Notes under the pieces: generated by a model
The model's input: only the letters and a program-made list of their open reading frames with translations
The model's database searches: none
What the model was told of the DNA's origin: nothing
Shown: piece after piece, positions 18,082 through 25,757 of the stretch
Position numbering within the stretch: position 1 is the first letter of the stretch
Layout: each line of letters begins with the position of its first letter
Position numbers and translations under genes: made by a program
From: Methanothrix sp.
Lineage (GTDB): Archaea > Halobacteriota > Methanosarcinia > Methanotrichales > Methanotrichaceae
Length of the DNA: 40,360 nucleotides
Direction of reading: 5' to 3'
Assembly: GCA_040770465.1 (NCBI GenBank)
Contig: JAXGJB010000023.1
Location: 1 to 40,360, forward strand

Positions 18082-19308
18082 ATGCATTCCAATCCTGAGG
18101 GTGATCGGGCCGGCGCGGCAAAGGGTCCCGCCGGATGGGCGGTGGCGGTGGTGGTCCGGGCGATTCTACTCGTCGCCATCCTCCTCCACCCCGGCCTGGG
18201 CCAGGCACCGGACCTCGAATGGGAGAGGGTCCTGGGCGGAGCGGCCGATGATAAGGGGCTCGCCCTCCAGGAGACGAGGGACTCGGGGCTCATCGTAGCC
18301 GGCACCACCGCCTCGAAGGGGGCGGGAGGAGAAGACCTCTGGCTCGTCAAGACCGATTCCGAGGGAGAGACGGAATGGGAGAGGACCATCGGGGGGCCCG
18401 GCGATGAAGAGGGATGGACGGTTTTGGAGATCGAGGACGGCTACGTCGTCGCGGGGGTGGCCGAGGCCGAGGCTCCGGGCACCGGCGGAAAAGACCTCTT
18501 CCTGGTCAGGACCTACTCCGACGGCTACGAGAGGTGGAGGCGCTTCTTCGGCGGGGACGCCGACGACTGGGGCGTATCCATGGTGGAGACGGAAGACGGA
18601 TTTGTGATCGTCGGCCTAACCTGCTCCTTCGGCTCCGGGGGGTCGGACGGCTGGATATTGAAGACTGACTCCGACGGGAACGAGGAGTGGAACCTCGCCA
18701 TCGGCGGGTCCAAGAACGACGGTCTCGCCTCGATCCTGGAGGCGGAAGACGGGTACATCGTCGCCGGGACCACCGAGTCCTACGGAGCGGGGGGAGAGGA
18801 TATGTGGCTCGCGAAGGTGGACCCCAACGGAAATCGGGTCTGGGAGAAGACCTTCGGAAGAGATGGGGACGAGAGGGGCGACCAGGTCCTCGATACGGGG
18901 GACGGTTACCTCCTGGTCGGAGTATCCGATCCCGCAGGCTCGGCGAATCGAGATCTTCTGCTTGTCAGGACCGATCTTGAGGGAGAGAAGATCTGGGAGG
19001 AGACGATAGGGAGCATCGGCGAAGACGGAGGATGGTCGGCCCAGGTCACCTCCGACGGCGGCTATGTGATCCTGGGCTACACCAACGAGACCGGGGATCA
19101 GAATATATGGCTCGTCAAGGTCGGGGATGATGGCGAAGAGGTGTGGGACGAGACCTTCGGAGGATCGGGGTTCGACCTGGGAAGGTCGATAGTCTCGACG
19201 AAGGACGGCGGATGGGCGATGACAGGATGGACTGAGTCTGAGGGATCGGGGATGGACCTCTGGCTGGGGAAGACCGAGGGCACCGGGAGCGCCGGGGGCG
19301 CCTCATGA
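18082..19308 (+). CDS. Secreted repeat protein (W-x-K/R-T-F-G-G...D-x-W-L-x-K-x-D-x-x-G repeats; probable beta-propeller)
   Basis: About 7 repeats such as WERTIGG, WEKTFGR and WDETFGG, after a hydrophobic signal segment. Confidence 0.78.
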   Translation: MHSNPEGDRAGAAKGPAGWAVAVVVRAILLVAILLHPGLGQAPDLEWERVLGGAADDKGLALQETRDSGLIVAGTTASKGAGGEDLWLVKTDSEGETEWERTIGGPGDEEGWTVLEIEDGYVVAGVAEAEAPGTGGKDLFLVRTYSDGYERWRRFFGGDADDWGVSMVETEDGFVIVGLTCSFGSGGSDGWILKTDSDGNEEWNLAIGGSKNDGLASILEAEDGYIVAGTTESYGAGGEDMWLAKVDPNGNRVWEKTFGRDGDERGDQVLDTGDGYLLVGVSDPAGSANRDLLLVRTDLEGEKIWEETIGSIGEDGGWSAQVTSDGGYVILGYTNETGDQNIWLVKVGDDGEEVWDETFGGSGFDLGRSIVSTKDGGWAMTGWTESEGSGMDLWLGKTEGTGSAGGAS

Positions 19309-20018
19309 CGGAAAGAGAGCGCCGCAAGACTATTCCGCCTTACAGTGCCGACGGCGGCGGCAATCCGGCCGCCGAAGACGATGATGATTATGATGATTAT
19401 GATTATGACGATAATGGGCTGGCCGAGGTGTACGAGCCCGCCGAGGACACGTATCTCCTCCTCGCCGCCGCCCTGGAGGAGGTGGACCCCGAGGATCTGG
19501 TCCTGGAGATTGGGTGCGGCCGCGGCGTCATATCGAGGAGCCTCGCCCCGCGGGCCCGGAGGGTCATCGCCACCGACGTCAACCCCTTCGCCGTGAAGAG
19601 CCTTCGGGGACGGCCGGGGATCGAGGCGGTCCGGGCCGACCTCTTCAGAGGGATCGGGGCGGGGGCTGGAGCGAGGGAGAGGGAAGGGGCGAGGGCGAGG
19701 TTCGACCTGGTCATCTTCAACCCGCCTTACCTCCCCACCGAGGAGGACGAGGTTCTGGAGGGGTGGCTCAACTTCGCCTTCGACGGGGGGAAGACGGGGA
19801 GGGAGACGATCGACAGGTTCCTGGAAGGGCTGAAAGATCACCTGGAGCCCGTGGGTGGGCGGGCCCTCCTCCTCGTCTCCAGCCTCAGCGATCCCGCGAA
19901 GGTCCGGGAGAAGGCCGAGGAGAAGGGATTGACCGTCGAGGTGGTGGCGAGGGAGAAGCACTTCTTCGAGGAGCTCCTCGTCCTGAGGCTCACTCCCCGC
20001 CTGAGCGGGACCGACTGA
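19305..20018 (+). CDS. HemK2/Mtq2-family protein-glutamine methyltransferase
   Basis: VYEPAEDTYLL, LEIGCGRG, FNPPYLP and FFEEL motifs; ATGA overlap with the previous gene. Confidence 0.9.
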   Translation: MTERERRKTIPPYSADGGGNPAAEDDDDYDDYDYDDNGLAEVYEPAEDTYLLLAAALEEVDPEDLVLEIGCGRGVISRSLAPRARRVIATDVNPFAVKSLRGRPGIEAVRADLFRGIGAGAGAREREGARARFDLVIFNPPYLPTEEDEVLEGWLNFAFDGGKTGRETIDRFLEGLKDHLEPVGGRALLLVSSLSDPAKVREKAEEKGLTVEVVAREKHFFEELLVLRLTPRLSGTD

Positions 20019-20019
20019 T

Positions 20020-20166
20020 TCAGAAAAACGAGGCCGGGAGGTCGAAGTCGGGCTCGCCCACCTCCAGGTGGACGACGTCGATCCCCTGGTTCTCCATCGC
20101 ATGGGCGCGCTCCAAAACGTCCATCACCAAAAAGGGGGTCATCTCCTCTGCTCGTCGTGAAATCAT
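20020..20166 (-). pseudogene. N-terminal remnant (48 aa) of a class I/II PLP-dependent (aspartate-type) aminotransferase
   Basis: Manual translation MISRRAEEMTPFLVMDVLERAHAMENQGIDVVHLEVGEPDFDLPASFF*. DVVHLEVGEPDF is the typical N-terminal motif; the rest of the enzyme is absent. Confidence 0.8.
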
Positions 20167-20246
20167 GTCGTGGGGCTCCTGACTGTGTAATCTGGGTTAA
20201 TGGTTGCGATCCTTCTCACTATTATTGGCGTTTATGCTTCAATAGA

Positions 20247-22442
20247 TTATTTTTCGAATATCGGTTTGATTCGGAAGGTAGAATTGGGTTCTCTATATCC
20301 TGTGCTACGCTCAAACTCAAACGGGCCCATTTTACCTCTTTGTAAGTCATGAAATAATAGCACAAATGCAATTAAAGCAATTAAAAATGTAGATTGGCTT
20401 ACATATAATGTATCAGAAAGCTTAGAAATCCAAAATAAATACAACGTTATTATGACATACACAAGTGCTCCAAACGCAAATGTTTTCTGGACGGCAGATA
20501 TTTCAGACAGAAATTCTCTTTTCCCAATTTCTCTAAGGTTGCGAATTGCTTTTACGTTTAAGGGGTCAAGTTCTACAGCTTTTTTAAATTCAATTTCTGC
20601 ATCATTATATCGTCCCAATTTTGTATATACCCATCCAAGGCTGTTGCGAATTCTAGATTTTGTAGGATTGTCTATTGAAGCTGGCCGTCCCCATAGCGCT
20701 GCCAAGTATTTACCTTCTGCGTCTTCAAAATAATTCTCATCTGCAAGTATATCGGCAAGCGTTTCAAGTGCGTGAGGATTCCATTGATCAATTTGAAGAG
20801 CAGATTCTATCTGTTCTTCTGCCTCGGATAATCGTGACCATTCTCTTAAAAGATTTGCATAATTTATGCGTGATTCTAAATGCGTTGGATCCGATTCTAT
20901 CGCGTTCTTATATTGATTTTCGGCTTCAGCATTTCTGTCGAGTTCTTTGAGTAAATTTGCATAATTATAGTATGCACTAGCAAATTTTGAGTCTGATTGG
21001 ATTGCTTTTTTGTAATATTGCTCTGCTTCTAGTTTTTTACCAGATTCGTGTAAGAATGTAGCATAATTATATTGAGCTTTCGCATTATTCTCATCCAATT
21101 CTGCTGCTTTTTTGTAGTAATATTCCGATTCATCCCATTTTCCAGATTTTCTGAGGAAATTCGCATAGTTAAAGTAAGCTGTTGCAAGAGTCGGATTTAA
21201 ATATAGTAATCTTATATAGTGTTCATTTGCCCCCTCAATATCACCAAGTTCCTCGAGAAGTAGAGCATAATTATTGTAGCCACCGGCATAGTTAGGATTT
21301 ATTTCTAGTGATTTTTCATAATATTTTTTTGCTTCACCAATTTTTCCTTGTTCTTGGAGAAGGACACCGTAACTACTGTATGCCTCTGCAAGATTCGGAT
21401 TTAATAATATTGCGTTTTTATAATGTTCCTCGGCACCCACAATTCTACCCTGTTCTTTGAGAAATGTTGCATAATTATGATGGGCACTTTCGTTTTTTGG
21501 ATTTTCCTTAATTGATTTTTTATAATAACATTCTGCCTCCGAGTCTCGACCAGCTCTGTGCAATAAATTAGCGTAATTGTTATATAATATGGATAATCCA
21601 ACTTTGGATCCGGGTGCTGATTTAATACCTCTTAATAATTGCTCTTCAGCCTCATTAGTTCGATCTTGATCTTGCAGAAATAGCGCATAATTATTGCGTG
21701 CTTCCAAGTCTTCCGGATTCAGATCGATTGTTTTTTTGAAGTAATCCTCCGCTTCGTAATATCTGTGTACTTTTTGAAGAAATAGTGCATAATTGTGATG
21801 CGCTTCAGAAAAATTAGGCTCCAACTCGATTGCTGTTTTATAGTGTTTTTCTGCTTCGACAATGTCGCCCATTTTGTCAAGCAATCTCGCATAATTGGTA
21901 TGAACACCCGCAATATTCGGGTTTATTTTTATTGCTATCATGTAATGTTTTTTTGCTTCATTCATTCTATTTTCTTCATTAAGCAAATTTGCATAATTAG
22001 CATGAGCTTCTATAAATTCTGACTTATATTTTATTGCCTCCAAGTATTCGTCTTCAGCTTCCTTTTTTCTATCTTGCTTATGAAGACACATCGCATAACG
22101 CAAATGTGCCTCGGAAAAAGTGGTTTCTAATCCTATTGCCTTTTTATAACATTTCTCTGCATCATCAAAATTTTGTATGAATTCTGCAGCAGTTCCAGCT
22201 TCATAATATCTTTGAGCTTTTTCATCTTCCATCACATTTTTAGCTACCAAAAGCAAAATTACATAAGCAAAATCATATTTTTCATTTTCTAACAGGTTTT
22301 CAGAAAACTCTTTGAGCAAACTTGTGCTAATATTCATTTTCCGTGCAAGCTCTGTGGCCAATTCAAAACAAACATCCAAGTCTCCCTTCTCGATGCAGGG
22401 GACTAGGGAATCCTGAAATTCCTTTAGCTTTTCTTCAGCCAT
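20247..22442 (-). CDS. Tetratricopeptide-repeat protein (about 16 TPRs) with two C-terminal TM helices; AT-rich
   Basis: Regular 34-aa repeats A(H/Y)xNYAxxL...EAExxYKKAI..P; hydrophobic pair TFAFGALVYVIITLYLFWI and STFLIALIAFVLLF. Start is ATG 22442 or 22460. Confidence 0.88.
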   Translation of the reverse strand: MAEEKLKEFQDSLVPCIEKGDLDVCFELATELARKMNISTSLLKEFSENLLENEKYDFAYVILLLVAKNVMEDEKAQRYYEAGTAAEFIQNFDDAEKCYKKAIGLETTFSEAHLRYAMCLHKQDRKKEAEDEYLEAIKYKSEFIEAHANYANLLNEENRMNEAKKHYMIAIKINPNIAGVHTNYARLLDKMGDIVEAEKHYKTAIELEPNFSEAHHNYALFLQKVHRYYEAEDYFKKTIDLNPEDLEARNNYALFLQDQDRTNEAEEQLLRGIKSAPGSKVGLSILYNNYANLLHRAGRDSEAECYYKKSIKENPKNESAHHNYATFLKEQGRIVGAEEHYKNAILLNPNLAEAYSSYGVLLQEQGKIGEAKKYYEKSLEINPNYAGGYNNYALLLEELGDIEGANEHYIRLLYLNPTLATAYFNYANFLRKSGKWDESEYYYKKAAELDENNAKAQYNYATFLHESGKKLEAEQYYKKAIQSDSKFASAYYNYANLLKELDRNAEAENQYKNAIESDPTHLESRINYANLLREWSRLSEAEEQIESALQIDQWNPHALETLADILADENYFEDAEGKYLAALWGRPASIDNPTKSRIRNSLGWVYTKLGRYNDAEIEFKKAVELDPLNVKAIRNLREIGKREFLSEISAVQKTFAFGALVYVIITLYLFWISKLSDTLYVSQSTFLIALIAFVLLFHDLQRGKMGPFEFERSTGYREPNSTFRIKPIFEK

Positions 22443-22488
22443 GTGCACCTCATAGAGCATCTTTCAAGTTTAAATTGCTTTTCACATG

Positions 22489-22792
22489 TTATACCGTCTC
22501 GACCTCCTCCAGGATTCGACGACCTATGGCGGGCTTTAGGGCGCTTCTTTCCACCAGGTCCACCTTCGCCCCCAATAGATCGCTCAGACGGTTTTCGAGG
22601 GCGATGAACTCCAGAAGGGTCAGCGGCACATCGCCCTCCTCCAGATCCACCAGAAGGTCGATGTCGCTATCCTCGTCGGCCTCGCCTCGGATATAGGAGC
22701 CGAAGTATCCCGAGGGATTTGACCTTGTAGCGAGTGTATAGCTCCGGCATGTGAGACCTCAGAATTCGGGCGATCTCCTCTGCGGTCTTCAC
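22489..22792 (-). pseudogene. Minimal nucleotidyltransferase (MNT antitoxin family) with a +1 frameshift
   Basis: GTG at 22792 after an AAGGAGG RBS. Reads MKTAEEIARILRSHMPELYTRYKVKSLG / frameshift near 22706-22711 / FGSYIRGEADEDSDIDLLVD...LENRLSDLLGAKVDLVERSALKPAIGRRILEEVETV*. Span is 304 nt (3n+1). Confidence 0.85.
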
Positions 22793-22940
22793 CCTCCTTT
22801 GAGATTGCGATCGCGGTTTCCTCTTTGACGATGTCGTCAATTCGACCTCCGGCCACCTTTTCTTTTTTCAGCTTAATCTCTCGGAAGAAATATCTTTCAC
22901 CGACCAGACTTAAAACCCAACCGTCTTATCTCTACGCCCT

Positions 22941-23276
22941 TCACCCCACCCTCAGCTGAGCCTCGACCAATTCGTCGAGACAGCTCCCCCTCACCTCCTG
23001 GGCGTAGTCCCAGAGCTCAGCGCCGCAAGCATCGCACTCCTGCGCCCGCTCCTCCATCACCCGCACCAGGTCCAGGAGCGAGCCGTACAAGAGAGGCGCC
23101 GCCTGGCGGAGCCTCTCGTCGAAGGTGCTCGCGGCTTTTTCGAACACGATCAGCCTGCATCCGCCGCCGGGGTCGTCCCAGGCCATGCACCCCGCCTGCA
23201 AGCAGGCCCGCGCCACGAAGGGACAGGCTTTCGCCTCCGCCTCCTCTTTCTCGCCCTCTCTCCGATCCGTCACCAT
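22941..23276 (-). CDS. Small Cys-rich hypothetical protein
   Basis: CPFVARACLQAGCMAW...C and CDAC motifs; GGAG before ATG 23276; host-like codon usage. Confidence 0.65.
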   Translation of the reverse strand: MVTDRREGEKEEAEAKACPFVARACLQAGCMAWDDPGGGCRLIVFEKAASTFDERLRQAAPLLYGSLLDLVRVMEERAQECDACGAELWDYAQEVRGSCLDELVEAQLRVG

Positions 23277-23313
23277 CTCCACCGCCTCAGAGCCGATTTC
23301 ACTTGTTCAGCGA

Positions 23314-24342
23314 TTATTGATGGCGGATGCTATATGCTATTTTTCTTCGATGTTGATGGGGGTGCGGAGGAGGGCGAGGGCGAGTGGGCGGATGGCGAGG
23401 GGGGGTGGAGGGAGAGGAGCCGTCCCCCCTTCCCCGCCGCCCGGCCAGCGCCGAGAGGAGGATGTAAAAGCCGGTCTCCGTCAGGATGCAGACCGCCGCC
23501 GGGACCGCCGCCCTCGGTCCGAAGAGGAGGAGGGCGACGGCGGCGGTGAGCCCCAGATTCTTGAATGAGCCGAAGAGGGTGTAGGCGATCCTCTGCGGCC
23601 TCGCAACCCCGGCCAGCGCCGAGAGGGCGTAAACGACCGCCCCCGAGGCGAAGGTCCTGGCCGCGGCGATCAGGAGGACACCCCCGACCTCGGTCGTCAT
23701 GGCGGCGCTGTTCAGCCCCACCACGATGTAGGTGACGGCGAAGAGGCCGGCGTTGATGGGGTGGGCCGGATCGATCCGCAGCCGGCCGACGTACCTTGAG
23801 GCGAGGAGGGGAAGGAAGATCAGAAGAAAGACGATCTTCGCCATCTCCCCGACTCCTGCACCCAGCCCTGTCCCCATACCTCCGCCGGCTCCTGCTCCTG
23901 CCACCGCCTCCCCCGCCACCCCGGCGAAGAGGAGGACGATCAGGGGCATGAGGACGAGGGACGCGATGTAGGATAGGGCCTCCGAGTAGAGGGCGAGCCG
24001 GACGTCGCCGGCGAGAAGCTTCGTCAGGGGTACGACGGCCACCGCCGGAGGGCTCGCGGCCATCACCACAAACCCGAGGACGAGAAGCTCCTCATCCAGG
24101 ACCATTGGGGCGAGCAGGAGGATCAGTCCGGAGAGGAAAAGGTAGTTTACAAGAAACCCGGCCGCTGCGCCCCTCAGGGGCGGAAGGCCGAGATCGATCC
24201 CCGCCATGGAGAAGGCCATCATCAGAAAGAGCGCCGGTATCACCAGAAACTCCAGCCTCTCGGCAGGCCCCGGCAGGACGAAGCCGAGGACCACGGCCAG
24301 GGCGAGGATGAAGGCGGTATTTCTATGGAGGTTGATCTGCAT
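23314..24342 (-). CDS. Bile acid:sodium symporter (BASS/Acr3 superfamily) transporter
   Basis: About 9-10 TM helices; NYLFL, AASPPAVA and SFKNLGLTAAVA motifs. Confidence 0.78.
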   Translation of the reverse strand: MQINLHRNTAFILALAVVLGFVLPGPAERLEFLVIPALFLMMAFSMAGIDLGLPPLRGAAAGFLVNYLFLSGLILLLAPMVLDEELLVLGFVVMAASPPAVAVVPLTKLLAGDVRLALYSEALSYIASLVLMPLIVLLFAGVAGEAVAGAGAGGGMGTGLGAGVGEMAKIVFLLIFLPLLASRYVGRLRIDPAHPINAGLFAVTYIVVGLNSAAMTTEVGGVLLIAAARTFASGAVVYALSALAGVARPQRIAYTLFGSFKNLGLTAAVALLLFGPRAAVPAAVCILTETGFYILLSALAGRRGRGDGSSPSTPPRHPPTRPRPPPHPHQHRRKIAYSIRHQ

Positions 24343-24629
24343 GATGGAACCAGAGCCCGCTTATTCTTATCTTCGATATTTATTCAATATTTTGGGACCC
24401 CTTGCACCGCGAAGATATCCCTTTTGCGTTCAGCATTGTTTCTGCATGGTAATAGAAACAGGAGGATTGGACTTGAAGATTAAAAATTGGGGGATGACGT
24501 GAGCGAAATAGAATGAAAAACAGGCGGAACGGAAACCTCACCGCTCGCGGGGGTTGCCGCATCCATCCAAAACGATCATGCGCAGCCGAGAGCTGCGCCG
24601 ACCGCCTTAATAGTCCAGAAGAGATAAAT

Positions 24630-24869
24630 TCAGACCTTGTGGGCTATCGCGAACCTTCGCAATACCCTGTCAATGCATATGCTGACCTTGTCCCCGACCT
24701 TCGTCTCGGAGACGAAGATGACAAAGCCCTCAACCCTGGCGATGCCGTCTCCCTGCCTTGATATGTCCTCAATCTCCACTTCATACGTCTTTCCAGCTTC
24801 TACTGGAGACGAGTTTGTGAATCCGCCACTGCTGAAGGATCCTCGATCATTTCCGTACACAAAGTTCAC
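24630..24869 (-). CDS. Single-TRAM-domain protein (archaeal RNA chaperone)
   Basis: PVEAGKTYEVEIEDISRQGDGIARVEGFVIFV...VGDKV...FAIA. Exact start uncertain (GTG 24869 or 24860). Confidence 0.92.
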   Translation of the reverse strand: MNFVYGNDRGSFSSGGFTNSSPVEAGKTYEVEIEDISRQGDGIARVEGFVIFVSETKVGDKVSICIDRVLRRFAIAHKV

Positions 24870-25009
24870 ATCCGTCTTGCGAAAAACCGTTAAAACAGCC
24901 CTCGCACGCGGGCTGACTACGCCAGGGAGTTATTTAAACCTACCTATCCCCCGAGCGCCCACGCCACCGCCACCACCACCCCCGCCTCCGAGCAGACCGG
25001 AGAGATCTT

Positions 25010-25735
25010 TCATTCCGCCCTGCTTTTGTCGCGGGAGACGAAAACCTCCCCCTCCCGCCTCATCTCGCTTACGATCCTGCCGTCGACGAGCCGGAGGATC
25101 CGGTCGGTCTTCTCGGCCATGTTCATGTCGTGGGTGACGAGGATGAAGGTCTGTTTCATCTGCCGGTTGAGCTTTCGCAACAGCTCGTAGATCATGTCGG
25201 AGCTCTTGGAGTCGAGGTTTCCCGTCGGCTCGTCCCCGATGACGATGGATGGATGGCCCGCTAACGCCCTGGCCACCGCCACCCGTTGGTTCTGGCCGCC
25301 GGATAGCTGGCTTGGCTTGTTGTGAAGCCTATCGCCGAGCCCTACCTCCTCGAGATGAATGATCGCCTGGCTCCTCGCCTCCTTTTTGTCTACTCCGGCG
25401 ATGAGAAGCGGCATCATCACGTTCTCTACGGCGTCAAACTCCGGGAGAAGGTGGTGATACTGAAATATGAAACCTAGCTCCCTATTTCTCAGCCTCGCCC
25501 TCTCTTTTGGGCTGGCATTGGTGATGTTCTGCCCCTTCAGCCAGATCTCGCCGCTGGTGGGGGTGTCCAACAGGCCGATCATGTTCAGTAGGGTCGACTT
25601 GCCGCTGCCGCTGGGCCCCACGATCGATAGCACCTCCCCCTCCTCGATGGTCAGGTCGACGTCGTCCAAGGCCACCAGCTCCACACCGTCGCCGTATACC
25701 TTTCTCAGCTTCTTGATCTCAATGATGTTGGTCAA
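25010..25735 (-). CDS. ABC transporter ATP-binding protein (LolD/MacB type)
   Basis: GPSGSGKST, GFIFQYHHLLP, LSGGQNQRVAVARAL, DEPTGNLD and VTHD motifs. Confidence 0.93.
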   Translation of the reverse strand: MTNIIEIKKLRKVYGDGVELVALDDVDLTIEEGEVLSIVGPSGSGKSTLLNMIGLLDTPTSGEIWLKGQNITNASPKERARLRNRELGFIFQYHHLLPEFDAVENVMMPLLIAGVDKKEARSQAIIHLEEVGLGDRLHNKPSQLSGGQNQRVAVARALAGHPSIVIGDEPTGNLDSKSSDMIYELLRKLNRQMKQTFILVTHDMNMAEKTDRILRLVDGRIVSEMRREGEVFVSRDKSRAE

Positions 25736-25757
25736 AGCCAGATCGCCTCCATAAATT

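Noticed and set aside
20167-22500. IS or integrative-element boundaries around the TPR island (and around the HEPN gene at 38326-39400)
   Set aside because: I found no transposase, integrase, terminal inverted repeats, target-site duplication or tRNA by eye, so no mobile element is called.
22700-22715. Programmed ribosomal frameshift in the MNT gene
   Set aside because: No slippery heptamer or homopolymer run at the site; a simple indel or sequencing error is more likely.
23314-23450. Pro/His/Arg-rich C-terminal tail of the BASS transporter as a functional metal-binding domain
   Set aside because: It is encoded by low-complexity purine/pyrimidine-skewed sequence and looks like read-through into intergenic DNA.
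24950-24990. (CCA/CCG)n run reading as poly-Pro in ORF 24637-25137
   Set aside because: It is intergenic low-complexity sequence, and that ORF is antisense to both the TRAM and ABC ATPase genes.
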